From a virus: a stretch of DNA of 64,000 bases. Location of the stretch: IMG/VR virus record IMGVR_UViG_3300018426_001942, positions 64,001 through 128,000 of that record, one strand, 5' to 3'. Every line of letters begins with the position of its first letter. Within the stretch, counting starts at the first letter, position 1. Below, in pieces: positions 7,940 to 16,825 of this stretch. A program made the translations under genes and the position numbers. The notes beneath the pieces were generated by a model. That model worked only from the letters and a program-made list of their open reading frames with translations. It ran no database searches and was not told the origin of the DNA.

Positions 7940-8406
7940 TAAAAGCAAAAACTATTTTAAAAAATAAATTTTGGATTGTAGAAGAATCCGGCGAAAAAAT
8001 TGGTACACTAAGTTACAACGATGAAAGGTTTATGCTTAGTTCTTCAGGCGGTGTATCTTTTTTTAATACAAAGAAAGCTGTTGAAAAAAAGCTAGGTAGC
8101 ACTATATTTGATAGGGAGCCAACCGCAAAAATAGAAGTTACAAAAGAAATATATGGATATCCTACTAGCACAACTCCTTACAATGTAATTTATGATGTAC
8201 ATCGTAAGTTTGCACTTTTTACTAAAAGTTTAAAAAGCAAGAGCTTGTATTGTGCAGGATATTATATTATTCGTTTTGAAAAGGGTTGGGTTAAAAGTTT
8301 TTGTCCAAAACTAATTACACTAGAACGATATGAATATCATGGTCCTTTTAAAAACGAAATGACAATGCGTCAGGAATTATCTAATGCAAACAAAAAAGAA
8401 TCTTGA
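7936..8406 (+). CDS. hypothetical protein
   Basis: 156 aa, ATGA overlap with rnh; SLYCAGYY, SFCPKL, GPFK. Confidence 0.8.
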   Translation: MIKAKTILKNKFWIVEESGEKIGTLSYNDERFMLSSSGGVSFFNTKKAVEKKLGSTIFDREPTAKIEVTKEIYGYPTSTTPYNVIYDVHRKFALFTKSLKSKSLYCAGYYIIRFEKGWVKSFCPKLITLERYEYHGPFKNEMTMRQELSNANKKES

Positions 8407-8641
8407 TCCAATAAACACTTTTCCAGTGCAACAGTTTATACAAACTGTAAAAAGTGCCGACAATAGTAGAGCAAAAGAAATTCGTTTGGATATAAACGAA
8501 GCAAAAAGATTAGCATTTACTCTAGGCGAAGTAATGGCTCGACTCAACGGTGATATGGAAGCGTTTATTAAAGAACACATGTCTAATATAGAAAATGAGC
8601 CTGTAGAGGTTCAATTAGACGGTGGATCTGACTGGAAATAA
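8384..8641 (+). CDS. hypothetical protein
   Basis: 85 aa, AGGA SD. Confidence 0.75.
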   Translation: MQTKKNLDPINTFPVQQFIQTVKSADNSRAKEIRLDINEAKRLAFTLGEVMARLNGDMEAFIKEHMSNIENEPVEVQLDGGSDWK

Positions 8642-8666
8642 CCACGCACTTAATACAAAAAAGAGA

Positions 8667-8702
8667 TAAATATATACGTAGTTAACTAAGGATTACGTAT
8701 AT
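8667..8702 (+). promoter_or_regulatory. T4-like late promoter overlapping an RBS-occluding hairpin
   Basis: TAAATA 8667-8672; ATATACGTA (8672-8680) pairs with TACGTATAT (8694-8702), enclosing SD AAGGA and covering the start codon. Confidence 0.6.
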
Positions 8703-8988
8703 GAGTAGACCAAAGCCAAGTGTTCTATTAGAACATATTAACAAAAAAAATTATAGATGTGAACAAGTACTAGATGCTGATGCTATCTGGGCTGTCTTCT
8801 ATAAAGAAAAACCTTTCAATCTTAAAAGTTCAAACGCCTTAACAAATTATCCTGGGCCTAAATACAAGAAAACAAGTTTTTCTAATCCAGGACATGCACA
8901 CAATCTAGCACAAAAATTAAATGAACTTTTTGCATGTGACGATTTCAAAGTATATAAATTAGAGACAGGTGAAATTGTTACAGAATGA
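8701..8988 (+). CDS. hypothetical protein
   Basis: 95 aa; MSRPKP, PGPKYKKTSFSNPGHA. Confidence 0.8.
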   Translation: MSRPKPSVLLEHINKKNYRCEQVLDADAIWAVFYKEKPFNLKSSNALTNYPGPKYKKTSFSNPGHAHNLAQKLNELFACDDFKVYKLETGEIVTE

Positions 8989-9377
8989 ACTGGAAAGAAA
9001 CCTATACTAAAATATTCCTTAAAGAGTTAGGTCATAGTTACAATCAAACGGCTATGAAGGAATATATGCCTCTATGGTGGCAAAACACTAGGAATAAAGA
9101 CGAAGGTGGATTGCGACTTACAGAAGCAGGATTAGATATGTTAAGCAAAATAGATATTGCAACTTACGATATTACATATCCTCACGATATGCCAATGACT
9201 ACTCAAATATTGATATTCTTAGACAAATTTATTGACTGTCCCTATTATATTGGACCTAAATCTATCCTTGTAACAAACCAAAAAAAAGCCGTAGAACTTA
9301 GCCTATTTTCAGGTGATATTAGGAAATACGGGATTACTAAAGCGTTATCAAGACAAAATAATTCAGAAAAAGATTAA
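8985..9377 (+). CDS. hypothetical protein
   Basis: 130 aa, ATGA overlap; GGLRLT, DCPYY. Confidence 0.8.
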   Translation: MNWKETYTKIFLKELGHSYNQTAMKEYMPLWWQNTRNKDEGGLRLTEAGLDMLSKIDIATYDITYPHDMPMTTQILIFLDKFIDCPYYIGPKSILVTNQKKAVELSLFSGDIRKYGITKALSRQNNSEKD

Positions 9378-9384
9378 AAAAAGG

Positions 9385-9412
9385 TTGACTTTTATCTTGT
9401 AGATGCTATACT
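9385..9412 (+). promoter_or_regulatory. sigma70-type early promoter
   Basis: TTGACT (9385-9390), N16, TATACT (9407-9412) with extended -10 TG. Confidence 0.75.
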
Positions 9413-9462
9413 ATATGTATAGTTAGAAATTAGCACTGATAACTTACTAAGAGAGGTAATAC

Positions 9463-10548
9463 ATGGAAAACGCTATCACAAGAACAGTTTCGCCTAACAG
9501 CGCAAAAACAAGCATCACACATGCTATCAAGAAACAACGTCCTATCTTTATTTGGGGTCCTCCAGGTATTGGTAAGTCTGATATTGTTCACCAAATTGGT
9601 GAAACACTAGAGGCACATGTCATTGACGTTCGTTTGTCACTTTGGGAACCTACAGACATTAAAGGTATTCCTTATTACTCTGCAAACGACAATGCAATGG
9701 TTTGGGCGGCGCCTGCAGAACTTCCAAACGAAGAACTGGCTGCGAAACATAAACTTATCATTCTATTCTTAGATGAAATGAATTCTGCTGCACCTGCTGT
9801 ACAGGCTGCAGCTTATCAACTTATTCTTAACCGTAAGGTTGGTACTTATGTACTACCTGACAACGTTGTGATTATTGCGGCAGGTAACCGTGAAGCAGAC
9901 AAAGGTGTAACGTACCGTATGCCTGCTCCGCTTGCTAATCGTTTTGTTCACTTAGAGATGGCTGTTTCGTTTGATGATTGGTTCTCATGGGCTGTATCAA
10001 ACAATATCCATAAAGACGTTGTAGGTTACTTAACTTTTGCAAAGAAAGACTTGTATGACTTTGATCCTAAAAGCCCAAGTCGTTCTTTTGCAACACCCCG
10101 TTCTTGGTCGTTTGTATCTGAACTACTAGAAGACGACCTAGATGAAACCACTACAACCGATTTGGTAAGTGGCTCAGTTGGCGAAGGCCTGGCTGTCAAA
10201 TTTATGGCACACCGTAAGGTTGCTTCACAAATGCCTAATCCAACTGATATTCTAGCAGGTAAGGTCACGGAGATGACCAGTAAAGAAATCAGTGCTATGT
10301 ATTCCCTCACTGTGTCATTGTGTTATGAGCTTCAAGAAGCTGATAAGAAACGTGACAAAGACTTCGATAAGAAAGTCAACAACTTCCTGCGCTTTTCGAT
10401 GGATAACTTCGATACTGAACTAGTAGTTATGGGTATTAAGCTCGCACTTACACAGTACGGACTTCCAATCGACCCGGACGCTGTAGAGTGTTTTGATGAG
10501 TTCCATGATCGTTATGGAAAATACATTAAAGCAGCACAGAGTTCTTAA
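9463..10548 (+). CDS. MoxR-type AAA+ ATPase
   Basis: Walker A GPPGIGKS, Walker B LFLDE, AAGN sensor, PLANRF arginine finger, ATPRSW. Confidence 0.92.
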   Translation: MENAITRTVSPNSAKTSITHAIKKQRPIFIWGPPGIGKSDIVHQIGETLEAHVIDVRLSLWEPTDIKGIPYYSANDNAMVWAAPAELPNEELAAKHKLIILFLDEMNSAAPAVQAAAYQLILNRKVGTYVLPDNVVIIAAGNREADKGVTYRMPAPLANRFVHLEMAVSFDDWFSWAVSNNIHKDVVGYLTFAKKDLYDFDPKSPSRSFATPRSWSFVSELLEDDLDETTTTDLVSGSVGEGLAVKFMAHRKVASQMPNPTDILAGKVTEMTSKEISAMYSLTVSLCYELQEADKKRDKDFDKKVNNFLRFSMDNFDTELVVMGIKLALTQYGLPIDPDAVECFDEFHDRYGKYIKAAQSS

Positions 10549-10552
10549 ACTA

Positions 10553-10590
10553 GATAGGGTGGACTTCGTGTTCACCCTATCACCTTTTCT
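10553..10590 (+). terminator. rho-independent terminator-like hairpin
   Basis: GATAGGGTGGAC-TTCGT-GTTCACCCTATC, 12-bp stem with one G-U, followed by ACCTTTTCT. Confidence 0.75.
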
Positions 10591-10592
10591 GG

Positions 10593-10621
10593 TTGACAAA
10601 ACAGTTAAATATTAGTATAAT
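10593..10621 (+). promoter_or_regulatory. consensus sigma70 promoter, with TAAATA in the spacer
   Basis: TTGACA (10593-10598), N17, TATAAT (10616-10621); TAAATA at 10606-10611. Confidence 0.9.
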
Positions 10622-10652
10622 ATACATATAAATTAGAAAGGACATAGCACAC

Positions 10653-11945
10653 ATGAGCGTAGAAGGTAAAAAACACTGGCAACCTAATCCAGACTTAACT
10701 GAACAAGAACTTGCTGTTATGCGTGAAGAAGTACTTGATCGCATTATTGTAGCTCGTGTAGGTTTGCTTCTTAAGCATCCTTTCTTTGGCAACATGGCAA
10801 CACGTTTAAAAATCCAAGCCGCAGATGATTGGATTCCTACAGCGGCCGTAGATGGACGTAATCTTTATTTTAACACTCAGTTCTTTAATGCAATGGATAA
10901 TAAAGAAATTGAGTTTGTTATTGCACACGAAATTTTACACTGTGTATTTGATCACTTAGAACGCCGTACATGGCAGGATCGTAACCTAGATCCTATGATT
11001 AGTAATATTGCACAGGATTATATTGTGAACAATATTTTGGTACGTGACAACATTGGCACAAAACCTAAATTAGTTGACTGTTTTCAAGACTTCAAATATG
11101 AGAGTTGGACTTCTGAAGAAGTTTATGATGACCTTTTTGAAAAGTATGACAACCAAGAGCTAGAAGCTTTAGGTGAATTGCTCGATGAGCATTTAGATTG
11201 GACAGAAGGTGCAGGTGAAGGTCAGGACGGCGACAGCGGTAAAGACGGTAAAGGTAATGGTCGTCCTTCATATTCAAAAGAAGAACTTAAAAAGATACGT
11301 GACGAAATTAAAGAGAATATGATCACTGCCGCACAGAGTGCAGGCGCAGGCAATATTCCAAAAGGTGTAGATCGTTTAATTAAAGATTTAACTGAACCTA
11401 AAATTAACTGGCGTGAATTACTACGTCAGCAAATTCAAAGTACAATTAAAAGTGATTACACATTTATGCGTCCTTCACGTAAAGGCTGGCACACTGGTGC
11501 TGTACTTCCGGGTATGAACTTTGAAAATACTATTGATATTGCAATCGGTATTGATATGAGCGGAAGTATTGGTGATCATCAAGCACAAGACTTTTTAAGT
11601 GAAGTTAAAGGCATTATGGACGAATACAAAGACTATGCAATTAAATTATGGTGCTTTGATACCGCTGTATATAACGAGCAAGACTTTACATCAGATAACG
11701 GTACTGAATTACTAGATTACGAAATCTTAGGCGGCGGCGGCACTGACTTCGATGCTAACTGGACTTACATGCGAGAAAACGATATTCAACCTAAAAAGTT
11801 TATTATGTTCACAGACGGCTATCCTTGGGGTAGTTGGGGCGATGAAGATTACTGTGAAACAGTCTTTATTATTCACAGCAACCATGACAAAAACTTGCAA
11901 GCACCGTTTGGAGTAACAGCACACTATGAAGCTCAAGCAGCCTAA
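10653..11945 (+). CDS. HExxH metallopeptidase-like plus VWA domain protein (DUF2201-like partner of the MoxR ATPase)
   Basis: TAAVDG, AHEILH, Gly/Asp-rich linker, MIDAS DMSGS, GGGTDF, FTDG. Confidence 0.88.
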   Translation: MSVEGKKHWQPNPDLTEQELAVMREEVLDRIIVARVGLLLKHPFFGNMATRLKIQAADDWIPTAAVDGRNLYFNTQFFNAMDNKEIEFVIAHEILHCVFDHLERRTWQDRNLDPMISNIAQDYIVNNILVRDNIGTKPKLVDCFQDFKYESWTSEEVYDDLFEKYDNQELEALGELLDEHLDWTEGAGEGQDGDSGKDGKGNGRPSYSKEELKKIRDEIKENMITAAQSAGAGNIPKGVDRLIKDLTEPKINWRELLRQQIQSTIKSDYTFMRPSRKGWHTGAVLPGMNFENTIDIAIGIDMSGSIGDHQAQDFLSEVKGIMDEYKDYAIKLWCFDTAVYNEQDFTSDNGTELLDYEILGGGGTDFDANWTYMRENDIQPKKFIMFTDGYPWGSWGDEDYCETVFIIHSNHDKNLQAPFGVTAHYEAQAA

Positions 11946-12195
11946 TCCATTAAATTTTTTCAATGTAAGAAAAACTCATTTTTGCCCAAAGCATTTTGAA
12001 GTTATTACCGTTGATCAGACATACAATATGGAGCCTAGTATTACTAGATGGATTTCTGAGAATCTTAAAAAGAGATACTTTATTGCAAAAGATAACTCTT
12101 ATACACATAAGTCTAATTCTTTAAAAGTAGGTTTTGAGGATCCAAAAGAAGCAAGTTATTTCATGTTGGCGTGTCCACATTTGAAGTACAAATAA
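11926..12195 (+). CDS. hypothetical protein
   Basis: 89 aa; VGFEDPKEASYFML. Confidence 0.7.
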   Translation: MKLKQPNPLNFFNVRKTHFCPKHFEVITVDQTYNMEPSITRWISENLKKRYFIAKDNSYTHKSNSLKVGFEDPKEASYFMLACPHLKYK

Positions 12196-12198
12196 ATA
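12193..12198 (+). promoter_or_regulatory. T4-like late promoter core
   Basis: TAAATA overlapping the upstream stop codon, 36 nt before ATG 12234. Confidence 0.5.
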
Positions 12199-12233
12199 AA
12201 GTACGCATATATATTATTATAGGAGATTAAAAT

Positions 12234-12482
12234 ATGAGCGATGAAAATAAAACTGAAGCACAACCTGCTCCTGAGCAAGCACCTGCACCAGATCTTACTG
12301 TGCAAGATCTAACAGCAATGAGAACTATCATTGATGTAGCAAGTAGTAGAGGCGCATTTAAGCCTAACGAAATGACTACTGTAGGTACTGTTTATAGCAA
12401 ATTAGAAGCATTTTTAGGTGCTGTTGCAGCTCAACAAGAAGCTCAACAAGAAGCACAAAAAGAGGCTCCTAAAGGAGAATAA
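12234..12482 (+). CDS. hypothetical protein
   Basis: 82 aa, AGGAG SD; LTVQDL...IIDVASSRGAFK. Confidence 0.8.
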   Translation: MSDENKTEAQPAPEQAPAPDLTVQDLTAMRTIIDVASSRGAFKPNEMTTVGTVYSKLEAFLGAVAAQQEAQQEAQKEAPKGE

Positions 12483-12483
12483 T

Positions 12484-13074
12484 ATGAAACATATTGGAAG
12501 ACAAATTAATCCTAAGAGACGTTGTGCTGTAGCATACCGTGTAATTCCTAATGATCCAGATAACTGTTTAGTTGTTTTTACTGATAGTTTAGAGTCTGAT
12601 GCACACGATTCATTAATGAACTTAATAGAATCAAACGCAGGTCAGACAGCATATGAACTTGCAGAAGCAATGAACAGAGCTGTTTTACCAGATGGAAGAA
12701 ACATGTTGGTAGCATTTAGTGGTACAGGCAAACTTACTAAGATGCCTACAAGCCAGATCGAAATGACACCAGATATGCAAAGCACCGTTGTTCTTAGCGA
12801 GCTTAATAAAATTATTGCCGAACAAAAAGGCGTAACTGTTGCTGATCTTGCTCTGCAACCAGCAAAATCTACAAATAAGCCTGCAGAACAACCTGCTGTA
12901 CAACCCGAAGTTACAGACTTAGGACAAGACACTGGTGTTCTTAGCGATGAAGATTTAGCGGCTCAATATCGTTCTCAAGCAGATGCTATGTTTAAAGAAG
13001 CAAAGCGTTTAAGAGAACAAGCGGAAGAATTGGTTCCTACCAAGCGTAGCAAGAAGTCCGCCCAAAGTGCCTAG
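12484..13074 (+). CDS. hypothetical protein
   Basis: Probable start ATG 12484 (MKHIGR) after AAGGAG; C-terminal coiled coil. Confidence 0.8.
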   Translation: MKHIGRQINPKRRCAVAYRVIPNDPDNCLVVFTDSLESDAHDSLMNLIESNAGQTAYELAEAMNRAVLPDGRNMLVAFSGTGKLTKMPTSQIEMTPDMQSTVVLSELNKIIAEQKGVTVADLALQPAKSTNKPAEQPAVQPEVTDLGQDTGVLSDEDLAAQYRSQADAMFKEAKRLREQAEELVPTKRSKKSAQSA

Positions 13075-13384
13075 AAAGAATAAACTAAGCAAAGAAGTAA
13101 TAGACAAATGGCCTGAAGTACTCGGTAATATCGACATCAAAGTCGTACCTACTGAGTACATTAAGGCTGTTGAAGTAACCTTTACCGACGGAAAAGTGTG
13201 GATTATTGAAAATGATCCTAACCGTAGCATCCAATCAAATGCTGAAGCATTTGAACAAAGTATGGAAGATTTAATGGCGGAATACGAGGATGTTTTGCAG
13301 AGTGTTAACTTTGTAGTAGATATGGAACGGGTAAAAAAGGACATTACCAAGCGTACAAAAATCTTTATGAAGAAAAAGAAATAA
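13067..13384 (+). CDS. hypothetical protein
   Basis: 105 aa, GTG start overlapping the previous stop. Confidence 0.75.
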   Translation: MPRKNKLSKEVIDKWPEVLGNIDIKVVPTEYIKAVEVTFTDGKVWIIENDPNRSIQSNAEAFEQSMEDLMAEYEDVLQSVNFVVDMERVKKDITKRTKIFMKKKK

Positions 13385-13395
13385 CACTTTTATGA

Positions 13396-13401
13396 TAAAT
13401 A
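13396..13401 (+). promoter_or_regulatory. T4-like late promoter core
   Basis: GATAAATA in the intergenic gap before the fibre-like gene 13439. Confidence 0.6.
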
Positions 13402-13438
13402 TATATGTAGACTTAAATCATTAAGGAGTTATAAAAAA

Positions 13439-14524
13439 ATGGCATTGCGATTAAGAAGAGGCACAGATGCACAAAGACAAACACTAGACGGTGTTTCCTT
13501 ACCAGTGCCAGCTGAAGGCGAATTAATATATACAACAGATACTAAAAAACTTTATGTAGGCGATGGTTCTACAGCAGGTGGTATTGCTGTTGACGTTGCT
13601 AACTCCGATTTAAGTATTGATGCATTAAGCGATGTTGATATTACATCTACACCTCCAACAGGTGGCCAGAGCCTAGTATGGAATGCTGTTGACGAAGAAT
13701 TCCAGCCAGGTGATCCTACTGTTCTAGATAATAAATCATTAAATGATTTGCAAGACGTAGACTTAGCATCTAATCCTCCAGGTGTAGGACAAGTTCTTAA
13801 ATGGAACGGAAGTGCATTTGTTCCTAATGACGACGATGCACAAAGTGGTTTAGTAGCAGGTGCAACTTACAACATTAACATTGCAGGCGATGTTTCAGGT
13901 AGTGTATACGCTGATGATTCTACATTAGTTATTGATGGTACTGATGGTAAATTCAAAGGTACTATTGAAACTACACAAAATGCTATATTTGACACAAGAG
14001 CTGATGATTTAATATCTGATATAGGTATAAAGATAATATCTAATGCAAACGTTCCTGGCTTAGAAGTTACTAGTCAGACTGGTGCAAGTGAAGGAACTGG
14101 TGCAAATTTAGGTTTTTACAATCATAACGGAACATACGAAAACCAAACAGCATTACAAGTTGGTGATAGCTTAGGAAGACTTGACTTTGGTGGCTTAATA
14201 ACAATTCCGGGTGGGAGTTCTGTATCACTTGCTCCGTGTGTCATTAGAGCAGAATTAACACAAGAAAGTGATGGTGTAAGTACATTAGCACTTGGTAAAT
14301 TAGTATTTGCTGTTCTTAATGGTCCGAACGTAGCAGATGCTGCAAAAGCAACATTTGATAATGTTGGTGTATTCCAATCTCCAGTATTACAACCAGGTGT
14401 ATATGCAGACGATGCAGCAAGAGATGCAGCTGTTACAGCACCAGCAGCAGGAATGATAATCTTTAACACTACAAACACTAAATTCCAAGGCTACACAGGT
14501 AGTGCTTGGGTAGACTTAAACTAA
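13439..14524 (+). CDS. virion fibre/structural protein with Mtd_N-like N-terminus
   Basis: LRLRRGT...PAEGELIYTTDTKKLYVGDG; two L-x-DVD...P..GQ-x-L-x-WN repeats; C-terminal GMIIFNTT...FQGY...W; Gly/Asp/Thr-rich, only one Cys. Confidence 0.75.
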   Translation: MALRLRRGTDAQRQTLDGVSLPVPAEGELIYTTDTKKLYVGDGSTAGGIAVDVANSDLSIDALSDVDITSTPPTGGQSLVWNAVDEEFQPGDPTVLDNKSLNDLQDVDLASNPPGVGQVLKWNGSAFVPNDDDAQSGLVAGATYNINIAGDVSGSVYADDSTLVIDGTDGKFKGTIETTQNAIFDTRADDLISDIGIKIISNANVPGLEVTSQTGASEGTGANLGFYNHNGTYENQTALQVGDSLGRLDFGGLITIPGGSSVSLAPCVIRAELTQESDGVSTLALGKLVFAVLNGPNVADAAKATFDNVGVFQSPVLQPGVYADDAARDAAVTAPAAGMIIFNTTNTKFQGYTGSAWVDLN

Positions 14525-14536
14525 TCACATTACTTT

Positions 14537-14581
14537 AAAAACTCCTAAATGTAGGTTAAATACTACAGAAGGAGTTTTTTT
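14537..14581 (+). promoter_or_regulatory. hairpin (terminator-like, RBS-sequestering) with a late promoter in its loop
   Basis: AAAAACTCCT (14537-46)/AGGAGTTTTT (14570-79) plus TGTAG/CTACA; loop GTTAAATA; T-run then ATG 14582. Confidence 0.7.
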
Positions 14582-15352
14582 ATGACTAAATTAATTACAG
14601 ATCCCCAAAACTATACTAGAGAAGACTTAAGAAACTTAGACTGGGATATGGTAAAGTTAAATGTTACTGTAGATCCTAAGCCTTTGCTAGAATGGTTTGA
14701 AACTGTAAAAACTACTTCTCCCGAAAGTTTATTTTTATTTTCTCAAAAAGACTTATTTGAATCGCATTTACTCGATCATCCTAGAATGAACGGCATATGT
14801 GTAGGTGATGCAGGATTTTGGGCATTACAGTGGCCTATACAAAGACGTGATGCTATACCTACTCCATTCTTTTGTAATAAAGAAAAATTTCCAGAAATGT
14901 TAGACGAAACATGGGAAAATAAAATGGACAACCATCTTGAACAATATTATTTTGGTGCGTACAAGAGTATGATAGATCAATTAGGAGAAGATGCGTGGAC
15001 ATGGGGTAGAGCTATGAACTGTGCTAAGGAATGTGGCATTGGGCCACATAGAGATCACGACGGTGAAGACATGTCAGAACATATGATTCGATTACACGTT
15101 AACTTGCAAACTAACGAAAATTCATCATGGCATTTCTTTTCACAGTTAGGAGAAACACCTGCTGATACTTGGCAATACGAACGTGCAAGTTATAATCCTA
15201 AGCCTGGTGAAGTTTACCTAGTTAATGTGAGCAATGTACATGCTCCTGTAAATCACGGAGATGAAGAATGGATATTGTTACACTCTGACCCATCAAATGA
15301 CGCTGTAGATAGATTGTTAAAAAGCGAGACTCATATTACATACAATGGCTAA
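14582..15352 (+). CDS. AspH-like Fe(II)/2OG oxygenase
   Basis: PHRD...RLHVNL...VHAPVN facial triad; N-terminal WDMVKLN and WALQWP motifs shared with paralogues. Confidence 0.75.
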   Translation: MTKLITDPQNYTREDLRNLDWDMVKLNVTVDPKPLLEWFETVKTTSPESLFLFSQKDLFESHLLDHPRMNGICVGDAGFWALQWPIQRRDAIPTPFFCNKEKFPEMLDETWENKMDNHLEQYYFGAYKSMIDQLGEDAWTWGRAMNCAKECGIGPHRDHDGEDMSEHMIRLHVNLQTNENSSWHFFSQLGETPADTWQYERASYNPKPGEVYLVNVSNVHAPVNHGDEEWILLHSDPSNDAVDRLLKSETHITYNG

Positions 15353-16160
15353 CATTAAAACAAGATTAAATACTTCTATTCTTTACAAAAAGACTGACTG
15401 GCCATATCAACACGACAGCATGATTCCTAATACAAGTTCTAATTACTACGGACCTGATAACGAAAGACTACACGAGCGTAACAAAAAATATCAAGATAGT
15501 AGTTGGATATACAATAACAAAGAGATTAATTACAACTTCAACAGTTTAGGATTACGTATGTCTAATGAAGTAGATTTAACCAAAGACTTAATTTATTTTA
15601 GTGGCACAAGTTATACTTTAGGTATTGGTGTGGACGAGAAAGATAGATACACTGATATATTGTCTAAAGAACTAGACACACCTATGCTAAGTTATGCTGG
15701 TCCTACATATAGCACTAAACTACAAGTTATATCATTTTTTAATTATGTAAACTTACACGGTGCTCCAAAAAGTGCATGTTTTGAATTTCCGCCTGCACAC
15801 GGATATACATTTTTTACAGATCATTTTGCTTTTACGTTTACTGGCAGTCATAGGCCTAAATGCAATTATGTAGAACCTTATGAATTACTAGAACGTACTG
15901 ACTTCTTACAAAACGAAGCAGAAATATATGTAAACATGTTAGAAGTATTTTGTAAGACTAACAACATACCATTAACTATGTTTAGTTACTTTCCTACTAC
16001 TTTGCCTATTATACGTATTAATATTGATCTACTAGGTATCGAAGATAATAATGAAAAATTTGCTAGAGACATTTGTAAACAAAACGGTACTATATCAGGC
16101 CATCCAGGTATAGGTGTACATAGACATACAGCAGATGTATTAAAGGATAGACTACTATGA
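15345..16160 (+). CDS. SGNH/GDSL-like protein (putative acyl esterase/transferase)
   Basis: YNFNSLGLR, FSGTSYTLGIG (block I-like), C-terminal RD...GHPG..H. Confidence 0.55.
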   Translation: MANIKTRLNTSILYKKTDWPYQHDSMIPNTSSNYYGPDNERLHERNKKYQDSSWIYNNKEINYNFNSLGLRMSNEVDLTKDLIYFSGTSYTLGIGVDEKDRYTDILSKELDTPMLSYAGPTYSTKLQVISFFNYVNLHGAPKSACFEFPPAHGYTFFTDHFAFTFTGSHRPKCNYVEPYELLERTDFLQNEAEIYVNMLEVFCKTNNIPLTMFSYFPTTLPIIRINIDLLGIEDNNEKFARDICKQNGTISGHPGIGVHRHTADVLKDRLL

Positions 16161-16825
16161 GCATAACACTTTATACATCAGGTAGTACAGACGAACCTAA
16201 ACAAATAACACATTCTTGGAAATACATTAATGAATGTGCTAGACGTAGTGCTAAAGAAATACAACTAACCAGCAAGGATGTTGTACTAGATGTGTTTCCT
16301 GCTAATACTATTGCACATTGGACTATAACAGCGTATCCTAGCGTTTTAAGCGGCGCACAGTACGTTTGTAGCAACTTTACGCCATATACATACATACAAG
16401 CATTTAAACGCTTACAACCGTCTTATATTGCGCTTATACCGCGTCATTTAGAGCTTTTACAAAGTACAAAAGGCTTTAAAGACTTAGATATGAGTTGTGT
16501 ACGTTACATGGTAACAGGTAGTAATAAAATAGATCAAGACTTTATAAATGCATTTAAAAATAGAGGTGTACAGTGTGTAGCAAACTGGTATGGTATGACA
16601 GAGTTTCCGCCACCTATTCTTATAGGGTATGACAGTCCTAGTTTTGACTTGTACAATCGACCAACTGATGATCATATAATGTTTCACCCTGTATCTGCTA
16701 CATCTAATTTAGGTGAAGCAATAATAAACGGTAGGTCTACAGGTGATATCTTTGACACACAAACAATGACATTCTCGCATAGAAGAAAAGAAGCAAATGG
16801 AAAAACTTGGAAGACTGACGTTTAG
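16157..16825 (+). CDS. minimal ANL-superfamily adenylating enzyme (AMP-binding core)
   Basis: YTSGSTDEPK (P-loop, A3), WYGMTE (A5), STGD (A7); only 222 aa. Confidence 0.8.
   Translation: MSITLYTSGSTDEPKQITHSWKYINECARRSAKEIQLTSKDVVLDVFPANTIAHWTITAYPSVLSGAQYVCSNFTPYTYIQAFKRLQPSYIALIPRHLELLQSTKGFKDLDMSCVRYMVTGSNKIDQDFINAFKNRGVQCVANWYGMTEFPPPILIGYDSPSFDLYNRPTDDHIMFHPVSATSNLGEAIINGRSTGDIFDTQTMTFSHRRKEANGKTWKTDV

Noticed and set aside
12429-12464. 12-bp tandem repeat GCTCAACAAGAA
   Set aside because: Simply encodes AQQE-AQQE-AQKE low-complexity protein tail; not a CRISPR or regulatory repeat
13439-14524. Diversity-generating retroelement target (Mtd-like N-terminus)
   Set aside because: No reverse transcriptase and no template/variable repeat pair seen in the window; only the N-terminal anchor resembles Mtd
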